Program-made: the position numbers and the translations under genes
Shown here: positions 9,197-16,923 of the stretch, piece by piece
Position numbering within the stretch: the stretch's first letter is position 1
Layout of the letters: each line of letters starts with the position of its first letter
Assembly (NCBI GenBank): GCA_003543245.1
Contig: DPJB01000007.1
Location: 6,011 to 70,010, forward strand
Direction: 5' to 3'
Source of the DNA: Moraxellaceae bacterium
GTDB lineage: Bacteria; Pseudomonadota; Gammaproteobacteria; Pseudomonadales; Moraxellaceae
Length of the DNA stretch: 64,000 nucleotides
Notes under the pieces: generated by a model
Seen by the model: the letters and a program-made list of their open reading frames with translations, nothing else
What the model was told of the DNA's origin: nothing
The model's database searches: none

Positions 9197-10702
9197 ATGG
9201 ATATCTATGTTGTCGGTGCAATAGGAGGTTGTCCTGTTTCTGAGGTGGCGATCAGGGATGTGCTGGCGCATCCTGTTGAAATAAATACCGGTAATGGTTT
9301 TATAGGGCGACCCGGGACGCGGCTCTGTGTTTCGGAAGCTTATGTGGCAAAGATCAAAAACGACTTTTCGATGGCGGAGCGCGAAGCCAAGGATTGGTGT
9401 CGTCTGCAGTTGGAGAAGGAGTGTGGGTTTGGGATCTATCACTCAAGCAGAACATGGTTTTGTTTCAGTAATGGAAGTGGTTATGCGACTGCAAACATTA
9501 CGAGCAGGTTGCCTGTTCTTTCGCAGGTATTGAGTACGGCTGAGGGGGAGGATTACTGTGACCTTCTGATTCAGCTTGTCGACTTCTATTTCAGCTTTTA
9601 TCGACGCTGTGGGCGACGTCAGGATGAGGGGCTGACAAATTACGGTGTTGATGAGGGGCGTCTCTGCTATCTGGATGATGATCTGTATGAGGTTGATAGT
9701 GGCCTGTCCTTTGCGGTTAGTTTGGCGGGGTATTTTCGAGCGATTCCTGGGGTAGGTGTTGATGCTGCCAGGCGGCTAGGGGAGGCCCTGAGGGCGCAGA
9801 TGATGTTGTTGGGGCGGAATTCGCCCGATACATTTGCGCGCAATTTTCGTGATACGTTCCTCTCTCAGGAAAAGGAGCCGTTGCGGGCGGCGCTTCTGGG
9901 GGCGCTATTGCCGGAGCCAGTGGTTGGCGCGCAACGACAGGATGGCTTGGTGCCTATGGCGGGTCGGGTTGCTGTGCTGGCCGATATTCACGCCAATCTG
10001 AGGGCTCTCACCGCTGTATTGGCAGATATGGCGAAGCTCGGGCTGGAGCAGGCGATTGTCCTTGGGGATGTGGTTGGTTACGGGCCTGATCCAGCTGCCT
10101 GTGTCGAGATGCTGGAGCAGCGAGGCTTCCAGATCATTCGTGGAAACCATGATGAGGCAGCAGGAACAGGTAAAATCATGGCGGGCTCTAGTCGAGCGGC
10201 TGCATGGTCAATTCCATGGACGCGCGAGCAGTTGTCGGATAGTCAGCGTGAGTGGCTTTCCGAGCTTCCGCTTTATTTGCGAAGCGATGATTTTCTTGCA
10301 GTGCATGGTGCCCCTGTCGATCCTACATTCATGAATGCTTATGTTTACGCTATGACAAGTGATGCTAACTTGGATTATCTTCAGAAGCAGCGTATTCGTC
10401 TCTGCTTTCACGGGCATACGCATGTTCCCGGATGTTGGTATCGCGATCAGGGGGGGGTGACTCGGTTTAGCAAGGATCGATCGCAATTGCACTCGTCAGC
10501 GAGTACCTTGCTTGTGTGTCCTGGCTCTGTGGGGCAGTCTCGTGACGGATCGGATGCGGCGAGCTATCTGGTCTATGATGGCGCGATCCGGTCATTCGAG
10601 TGGCGACAGATAAACTATGACATTGATGGTCTGCGGCGCGATATGTCGGATCTGGGGTTCCCTGAATTTGTCCAGCGTCTTTATGCTTCCGTTGCAGATT
10701 AG
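9197..10702 (+). CDS. fusion of an uncharacterised ~270-aa N-terminal domain with a C-terminal calcineurin-like metallophosphoesterase (about 501 aa)
   Basis: The MPP motifs are VAVLADIHAN, LGDVVGYGPDP, GNHDE, LAVHGAP and FHGHTHVPG. The start is uncertain: TTG at 9164 or ATG at 9197. I chose the ATG. Confidence 0.8.
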   Translation: MDIYVVGAIGGCPVSEVAIRDVLAHPVEINTGNGFIGRPGTRLCVSEAYVAKIKNDFSMAEREAKDWCRLQLEKECGFGIYHSSRTWFCFSNGSGYATANITSRLPVLSQVLSTAEGEDYCDLLIQLVDFYFSFYRRCGRRQDEGLTNYGVDEGRLCYLDDDLYEVDSGLSFAVSLAGYFRAIPGVGVDAARRLGEALRAQMMLLGRNSPDTFARNFRDTFLSQEKEPLRAALLGALLPEPVVGAQRQDGLVPMAGRVAVLADIHANLRALTAVLADMAKLGLEQAIVLGDVVGYGPDPAACVEMLEQRGFQIIRGNHDEAAGTGKIMAGSSRAAAWSIPWTREQLSDSQREWLSELPLYLRSDDFLAVHGAPVDPTFMNAYVYAMTSDANLDYLQKQRIRLCFHGHTHVPGCWYRDQGGVTRFSKDRSQLHSSASTLLVCPGSVGQSRDGSDAASYLVYDGAIRSFEWRQINYDIDGLRRDMSDLGFPEFVQRLYASVAD

Positions 10703-10731
10703 CCGCCTTGGATGTGAAAACTGGAGGCGTT

Positions 10732-11637
10732 GTGAATAATTATCATTTGGAGGATTTGGCTCTTGTAAGGCGCTCTGCCGCGACGCTCCGTGGCTGCATT
10801 GATGATAGCCTTCCCTATTTTATTTCTTCGCTTTCTTCGGGTTTTCCGGGGATTGGCAGTCTCTTGCCAACAGTTGAGGCTCAGCGCAGGAAGTTCAGTG
10901 CGATGCTTGCGACACTGGGTAGTGAGCGAATGTTTGAGGATCGTGAGTTCATTATGAGTCAGATGGGGCGTCGTCATGCTTCGTATGGCGTTATCAAAGG
11001 GCACGTCCCCGCACTTGAGATGGCCCTAATGGCAACAGTTGAGCGTTTTGATGGGGAAGTAACGCTACGGGCTCTGGATGCGTGGAAGAGAGTGCTGGGT
11101 GAATATCTTAGGCTCATGTCCGAGTCCTTGCCCGAGTTGTCCAGCATGGGAGGCGTTGTGGAGGCGGCGGTCGGCGATTCTCGAACCTCTACCCTGCTGG
11201 ATGATGTTGGTGGGGAGGCAGTCGTCGAGGCGGTGCACAGAAGGTTCTATCGGGAAGTATTTGATGACCCATGGATTGGAATATTCTTTTATGGAAAGAG
11301 CATTGATTCTCTTGTTATGAAACAGACTAAGTTCATGGTTGCTGCTTTCGGGGGGGGGGATGATTACAAATGGGAAGCTCCCGACGTTGCGCACTTACAC
11401 ATGTATATCACTGATGAGCAAGCCGACATAAGAGAAATAATTCTGCGTAATGCTATTCGTGAGCAAGGGCTATCAGCCTCCGTCGAGGAGCGTTGGCTTG
11501 CTACGGATCAGTCTTTTCGGTCGGCTATTGTCAAGACTAGTATTGAGTCTTGTCGGGTGCGTGGGCCAGGTCAAGTCCCGCTCGCTGCCCGTCGGCCCGA
11601 GGGATATCGGGTGCCAGTCTTGCTTCCCAGAGACTAA
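10732..11637 (+). CDS. two-domain globin: N-terminal 3/3-type globin-like domain plus C-terminal truncated (2/2) bacterial-like globin (about 301 aa)
   Basis: A GGAGG sits 4 nt before GTG 10732; the ORF track starts at TTG 10708. The N-terminal half has MGRRHASYGVIKGHVPALEMALMATVERF...ALDAWKRVLGEYLRLM, a classical proximal-His/G-H helix pattern. The C-terminal half has VEAVHRRFYREVFDDPWIGIFF...KQTKFMVAAFGGGDDYKW...VAHLHMYITDEQADI, a Bac_globin pattern. Confidence 0.7.
   Translation: MNNYHLEDLALVRRSAATLRGCIDDSLPYFISSLSSGFPGIGSLLPTVEAQRRKFSAMLATLGSERMFEDREFIMSQMGRRHASYGVIKGHVPALEMALMATVERFDGEVTLRALDAWKRVLGEYLRLMSESLPELSSMGGVVEAAVGDSRTSTLLDDVGGEAVVEAVHRRFYREVFDDPWIGIFFYGKSIDSLVMKQTKFMVAAFGGGDDYKWEAPDVAHLHMYITDEQADIREIILRNAIREQGLSASVEERWLATDQSFRSAIVKTSIESCRVRGPGQVPLAARRPEGYRVPVLLPRD
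11350..11359 (+). repeat. G10 homopolymer inside the globin CDS
   Basis: The run was read directly: ttcGGGGGGGGGGat, encoding F-G-G-G-D. It is the longest of several poly-G runs in this island: G7 at 6351-6357, G7 at 7682-7688 and G8 at 10450-10457. Confidence 0.9.
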
Positions 11638-11667
11638 GGGGGCTTGCTCGCGCTACGGGATACTCTG

Positions 11668-11925
11668 TTAATGGAATATCCTGCGCAAATTGAGATGTTC
11701 CATTGTAAGCCTCCCCTGGAACTGGACATCAGTTCCTAGAGGCTTCGGCCAATTGGGTCTCGTACCGTTGTCTACCCGAATCGACTGAGGCAAGGGGCGC
11801 CAGCCTTTCACCTGCTCAAGTGTGCGGATCACACGAGCGGATGGCATCGATGTGTCCACCTCGATGGCCAATGCCTCCCGATTAAACTCGTCGATCAGAT
11901 TCAGCGTACGGAATCTGGCGGCCAT
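11668..11925 (-). mobile_element. IS3-family transposase (OrfB/rve) remnant
   Basis: The sequence FRTLNLIDEFNREALAIEVDTSMPSARVIRTLEQVKGWRPLPQSIRVDNG matches the IS3 integrase core, and the downstream part is scrambled or deleted. There is no intact OrfA/OrfB and I found no terminal repeats. Confidence 0.65.
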
Positions 11926-12008
11926 TGAGTGGGCTAACGCCCAATGCCTATGCCAGGCAACTGGCTGGAAAAACGGATACAGTAACCACGGACTCTAAAG
12001 CTGCGTGA

Positions 12009-12618
12009 TACTCAAAAGCGGGAGGACGTCGACCAGCTCTGTTCAAGCTGGCTGAGGCTGGTGACGCAGCAAAGTCCGAAGTACTGCGGGCGCGCCGGCA
12101 GCTCAACGAGTTGCTTGCTTTGGTTATCAGCAAACGCAATGCTTTTCGTCAGGAGGCGCAGTTCGAGCTAGTCAAGACGCACGCCGAGCTCGCTCAGACC
12201 GAGCAGGTCTACACACAGCGCGGGGCGGCGTTGGGATCGACTTTCCTGCGCGCGCCCATGGCCGGCATTGTCAATAACGTGCATGACCACGCGCGGTGCT
12301 GTGCTGCGCGCGGGCGACAAGCTACTGCAGATCGTGCCCTCTGATGACCCACTCATCGTAGAGGCCAAGGTGGCGCCCGCTGACGTCGCCTTTCTCCGTA
12401 ACGGCCTGCGTGCTAGTGTCAAGCTTGATGCTTGGGACTACACGTTATACGGCTCTCTTAAAGGCAGGGTGGTGTACATCAGCCCGGACACGCTCGAAGA
12501 GGAAATGCACGGCGAGATGCGTCCGTATTATCGTGTGCATATTCAGACCGACAGCAATACTCCCGAGGGTCGCAAGCCGCTGCGCCGCACGGTAGACGAG
12601 GCGATGCATGAGCCCTGA
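12009..12618 (+). pseudogene. HlyD-family type I secretion membrane-fusion protein remnant (5'-truncated, frameshifted, 3'-divergent)
   Basis: The coiled-coil part is AEAGDAAKSEVLRARRQLNEL...AELAQTEQVYTQR. APMAGIVNNV then shifts frame near 12285 into TTRGAVLRAGDKLLQIVPSDDPLIVEAKVAPADVAFLRNGLRASVKLDAWDYTLYGSLKGRVVYISPDTL. The usual C-terminal TM-proximal end is missing. Confidence 0.75.
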
Positions 12619-12623
12619 TGCCT

Positions 12624-14693
12624 TCAGCCCTGCGAGTCATAATGCATGGTGTCGCCGGGGGGCTGCAGGAAATAACCTTGCAGGAAGTGCACACCAAGTG
12701 TCCACAGCTTTGACAGGGTCGTGGCATTTTCGACATACGACACAATGACTTTCTTCTCGTCAGCCGCCAGATCGGCACAAATTTTCTTCATGGCACCCAG
12801 GCTCTGCTCGTTGCCCAGGTCTTCGGTGAAGGAGCGATCCAGCTTCACGTGCGACACGGTGACATGCTTGAGCGTATTGAGCGGATTGAGGGTGGTGCCA
12901 AAGTGGCTGATGGCTACCGGGCAGCCGGCTTGCGTGAGTGCAAAGGTCTGCTCCTTGGCGGCTTGCAGGTAGGTCACCATGTCGCTTTCGGCGAATTGCA
13001 GGACAATGGGCTGGCCGCTCGGATTAATGGCCTTGGAGAGCTTGCTGATCCATGCTGGCAGGCTTGTGTCCTGCAGGGACTCGGCCGTGAGATTGACCAT
13101 CATGCGGGATTTTGGGCTGATCTTGGTGTGCTCCTTCAACTGCTTGGCTGCATTGAGCATTACCCAGCGGTCTACCTTGGCACCCAACTGGTTGGCGATG
13201 GCGATCGGCATGAATACATCCGGCGTGAGCACTTTGCCGTCCTGCAGCGGCAGGCGGACAAACACCTCATAGAACTCGCCACCTTCACCCATGACGTCGA
13301 CCAGAGGCTGGTATTGCAGCTTGAACTTGCTCTGCTCGATGGCATCGATCAGCAACTCCAGCATGGCGGAATCGGAGCTGGAGGCTTTTTCGGCCAGATT
13401 GAATACTTCGACACCATTGCCCTTGGCCAGCTTGATCTTTTCCGATGCCGATATGGCGCGGCTGAGCATTTCAGCGGAGTTGGGGGCGGTTTCGCCCACG
13501 ATGGTAATGCCGATGCTCAGACTGGTTTGCTGTGTCTTGCCGTCGGGCAGGGCAATCAATTGATCATGCACTTCCTTGCACAGGATCTCTGCTTCAGCCT
13601 TGGCCTTCTCTACTTCCAGGCCGGGCACGAGCACGGCAAAAGCCGCGTCACCAAAGCGGGCGGTATCGGTACTCCTGAAGTGCTTGCCAAGGAGTGTGGC
13701 AACAAACTTGATGACGGCATCCGTTCCTGCGAGACCGGATGAGGCAGCGATCTGCGTCAGGTTGTCGATGGCCAGGTAGAACAGGGCAGATCGGGACTTG
13801 TCCTGATGCGACTTGCGAACAGCATCTGCCAGAGTGGTTTCGAAGCGCTGTCGGTTGGCGAGGCCAGTAAGGGAGTCGACGTTGGTGGCCACTTTCAGCT
13901 TCTCGGCAAGCTCTGCCGCCTTGCCGTCGTCACGGCGGATGATGATCTGTGTGCAGGGCTCGCCATCGTAACTGGCGGCTGACAGTTGCATCATGGCGTC
14001 AATTTTCTCGCCATCGGCCTTCATGCCATGGAAGCGCAGGTCAGCAGAAATGCTTTCTCCCTTGTTGTAGGTTTTCAGGTAGTCCTTGAAGTTGCTCAGG
14101 TCTTCCTTGGCCACCAGGTCAACAATTGGCATGCCTTCAAGGTCATCCGCACTTTCATGCCCGAACAGCTCGGCATAGGCCATGTTGGCGTAGATGTGCA
14201 TGCCGTCATGTACATAGGCAATCGCATCGCGAGAGTTGTCGAGCAGAAGTTCACAGCGCTTTTCGGTCTCGGCCAGTTGCGCCTCGGCCTTGCGCCGTAC
14301 GCGACGGCTTTGCAGGCTGGCCAGCTCGCGCTTGATAGCCAGTACCAGATGCGGGTGCGTGTCATGAACCACGGCATCGCACGCGCCGGCCTGCAGGCAC
14401 TCCACCACGATTTCCGGATCGTATTTTTCGAGCAGGACGATGCAGGGAATGTCCTTGTCCAGCTTGCGGACATGAGACAGTGCGATGTCGAAGGTGACAC
14501 CGTTGGTGATCTCGCCCACCAGCATGATGTCCCAGGGATTGTCCTTGAGCGCATCCGCGAGGCTGTCCGCGTCAGACACCATTTCCGGACGCGTCGCAAT
14601 GCCGGAGTTCTTCAGGGCATTGATGACCTGCTCGGTGTTGTCCTGCGATTCGTGCAGCACGAGCAGTCGGATGGTCTCGTTCTTGGGAGGCAT
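12624..14693 (-). CDS. fimX: FimX-like REC-PAS-GGDEF(degenerate)-EAL(degenerate) c-di-GMP protein (689 aa)
   Basis: It has an N-terminal receiver-like domain and a PAS region (LLLDNSRDAIAYV). The GGDEF position reads RFGDAAF and the EAL position reads YEVFVRL (EVF). Length and context (serB side, PilZ gene, psd) match P. aeruginosa FimX as I recall it. Confidence 0.8.
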   Translation of the reverse strand: MPPKNETIRLLVLHESQDNTEQVINALKNSGIATRPEMVSDADSLADALKDNPWDIMLVGEITNGVTFDIALSHVRKLDKDIPCIVLLEKYDPEIVVECLQAGACDAVVHDTHPHLVLAIKRELASLQSRRVRRKAEAQLAETEKRCELLLDNSRDAIAYVHDGMHIYANMAYAELFGHESADDLEGMPIVDLVAKEDLSNFKDYLKTYNKGESISADLRFHGMKADGEKIDAMMQLSAASYDGEPCTQIIIRRDDGKAAELAEKLKVATNVDSLTGLANRQRFETTLADAVRKSHQDKSRSALFYLAIDNLTQIAASSGLAGTDAVIKFVATLLGKHFRSTDTARFGDAAFAVLVPGLEVEKAKAEAEILCKEVHDQLIALPDGKTQQTSLSIGITIVGETAPNSAEMLSRAISASEKIKLAKGNGVEVFNLAEKASSSDSAMLELLIDAIEQSKFKLQYQPLVDVMGEGGEFYEVFVRLPLQDGKVLTPDVFMPIAIANQLGAKVDRWVMLNAAKQLKEHTKISPKSRMMVNLTAESLQDTSLPAWISKLSKAINPSGQPIVLQFAESDMVTYLQAAKEQTFALTQAGCPVAISHFGTTLNPLNTLKHVTVSHVKLDRSFTEDLGNEQSLGAMKKICADLAADEKKVIVSYVENATTLSKLWTLGVHFLQGYFLQPPGDTMHYDSQG

Positions 14694-14820
14694 GCGTGAG
14701 CGATTTCCTACGGTCTCGGAAGAAGGCGCCTATTCTGGCGCTCCCCCGTGTTTTTGCAAAGAGTATAAAGCAGGCATATCCGCTTTCCTGAGAGGCGGGT
14801 TGCCGATGTCCCTTGCAATG

Positions 14821-16647
14821 TCAAAGACTTGCCCAGATGGAGTCAAAGTCCTCGTCGTCATGTGCACTGTTGGTGCGTGTAGCAGCAGCTTCGCCTTCGG
14901 TCGGGCGTCGCATAAGGGTGAATTCGAACTGGCTGAAACTCTGTGTGGCGCTGACCTGCTGGGTCAGCTGTGCCTTGACCTCTTCGCCGTCCAGGTTCAG
15001 CACCAGCTTGTAGCCGGTCCGGAACGTCAGCGCCGGGGTGATCAGTGTGGCCGGACGACTGATGGCTTTCATCTCCGGCAACAGCAGTGTCCGCATGTAT
15101 TCGGAGGCTTCACCGGTTTTCTTGATGACGCGCGCTCCGCAAGGCTTGGCTTTGGGTGCCAGGACTTCGACGCCCAGTTGCGCCCCGTGACCTGGCAACT
15201 GCTTGACCCAGCGGATGACGCCCACGCTCCAGCCATTGTGGCCATCTTCGCGCAGGCCGAGGATTTCGCCAGCCTTCACGCTGGCCGGGACATCCCCGAT
15301 CCACTCGATGCAATAGCCGCCCGGGCTGATGTTCACGATCTGGCATTGATGGGTGTCGTAACGGTCAGGGCCTGTCTGGGCCTTTTCCTGGAAGGCAAGC
15401 TTGTACTCGTGCTGTTCATTGCTTTCAACGTTGCCAAAGGCCATGGCCCAGACGTCCTTGCCATTCCGGTCATCGGGGCGATGGCTTGCGCCGCCAAGTG
15501 GCTTGGGCTTGAGGAAGGGGTTGTCCTCGTCCGCAATCATGAAGCGGCTCTGGATGCCCTGCATCATGGTGTCGAAATCATGCTTGCCGGCCAGAAAGTA
15601 ATGCGAGGCAGTGAGACCAAGGGATATCTCCAGCATGCCGTCATGCATGACACGGGAAAAGCTGCGCTCACTCAGCTCGCTCCATGCCTGCACCAGATGC
15701 TGCAGCAGGGCCGAGTTGAGTGCGGCTTCGCCACTGGACTTGGGGCTACCTTGCTGGGCCAGTTTGAGCAGTTCGGTCAGGCGTTCCACCAGCGCGGTAG
15801 GGACAATGGCGCGGACGTGGTCTGCCGCTCCAGCCTGTGCCTGTGAACGGTAGGTGGGGGGTGCGTCCTTTGCCAGGTCAAACACAAAGAGTTCGCCGGA
15901 ACCACTGAACTCACGAAGCCTGACCAGAGGCGCCCATATTTCGCTCAGCTGGCCGATCTGGGCGATTTCGCTCTGGCGCAGCTTGTTGGGTTTGCAGGTG
16001 GCCAGCAGGAGCGCCTGGATATAAGCCTCTTCCAGAGTGGTTTTTTCAGCATGGCGGTGGAGCATGTCACTGACCGGAACCAGCAGCAGTTGCTGCTCGG
16101 CGCCCAGCAGATAAAGCGTGTGAAGCTCCAGCCAGAGGTTGGGTGGTGTGTTCAGGTAGAGCTGTGTGGAGCGCAGCAGGTTGCCGGTAAGCTCCGAGAT
16201 GGCGCGCTGGGTGGCGACAGAGGCCAGGCGGATGCTTTCAGGTTCGCGCTTGCGTGCCAGCTTGTCCAAGCCTGCCAGTGCGACAAGCTTGTAGCCGGTG
16301 GCAAGATGGCTTTGCATGGCCTGTGCCAGCGTGGCGACCTTGGTGGCCCGCTCCGGCAGCATGACTGACTGGTTGAGATAGTGTTTTGACAGCGAGTTGC
16401 AGAGGGCGTGAACGGTCGGGCGCAGGATTTCCAGCAGATCCAGCCGCTCTGCGGCGTCAACTTGCAGGCGAGTCAGCTCCTGCAGTGTCTGGAATACCTG
16501 GCGCGAGGTTTCGCCGACATTCATCATGGGCAGAGCGTCAACCCACTCCTTGAGCTTTTTGGGCTGGTGATTGACGAGGCTCAGCCGGCTCAGGTCCTGA
16601 GCCGGAAGACGTTGCCGCAGGGGTTCAGCGTTGCTGACCATGGACAC
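14821..16647 (-). CDS. large PilZ-domain protein (608 aa)
   Basis: The C-terminal region QIVNISPGGYCIEW...GEILGLRE...WSVGVIRWV fits the PilZ beta-barrel NxSxxG motif. The ~430-aa N-terminal region is uncharacterised. By position it is syntenic with the gene next to fimX in Pseudomonas. Confidence 0.7.
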   Translation of the reverse strand: MSMVSNAEPLRQRLPAQDLSRLSLVNHQPKKLKEWVDALPMMNVGETSRQVFQTLQELTRLQVDAAERLDLLEILRPTVHALCNSLSKHYLNQSVMLPERATKVATLAQAMQSHLATGYKLVALAGLDKLARKREPESIRLASVATQRAISELTGNLLRSTQLYLNTPPNLWLELHTLYLLGAEQQLLLVPVSDMLHRHAEKTTLEEAYIQALLLATCKPNKLRQSEIAQIGQLSEIWAPLVRLREFSGSGELFVFDLAKDAPPTYRSQAQAGAADHVRAIVPTALVERLTELLKLAQQGSPKSSGEAALNSALLQHLVQAWSELSERSFSRVMHDGMLEISLGLTASHYFLAGKHDFDTMMQGIQSRFMIADEDNPFLKPKPLGGASHRPDDRNGKDVWAMAFGNVESNEQHEYKLAFQEKAQTGPDRYDTHQCQIVNISPGGYCIEWIGDVPASVKAGEILGLREDGHNGWSVGVIRWVKQLPGHGAQLGVEVLAPKAKPCGARVIKKTGEASEYMRTLLLPEMKAISRPATLITPALTFRTGYKLVLNLDGEEVKAQLTQQVSATQSFSQFEFTLMRRPTEGEAAATRTNSAHDDEDFDSIWASL

Positions 16648-16892
16648 GATCCCGTGTGTTGTTGTTGTGCCCTCTGACGGGTATGGGCCTTGCAGGCCGT
16701 CCCACAGAATTTATTCACTGATCTGGCATTCTTAACCACACCGACCTGCGGGGGCAACCTCAAAAACCTGAAACGGGTTGATTTTTGTCGCGAAAGGTCT
16801 TGTTTCCCGTAGAGAAAAGCTGGTTGGGTCTGCCAGTCCTGATGTGGTTCTGCGGGTGCCGGATCTGTTGCATCGGGGGCTGGCTTTATGCA

Positions 16893-16908
16893 GAATGACA
16901 TGTCATTC
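16893..16908. promoter_or_regulatory. 16-bp perfect palindrome GAATGACATGTCATTC, putative TetR operator
   Basis: The palindrome was read directly. It lies 15 nt upstream of the tetR start, and a near-identical copy lies upstream of the monooxygenase gene. Confidence 0.5.
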
Positions 16909-16923
16909 AGTTTTGGTGGTGTC

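Noticed and set aside
12849-13742. A 297-aa ORF on the plus strand inside the fimX-like gene, and similar ORFs at 13986..14699 and 14485..15846.
   Set aside because: They are antisense shadow ORFs of well-supported minus-strand genes. The sequences are low-complexity and Gly/His/Leu/Ala-rich, with no RBS and no motifs.
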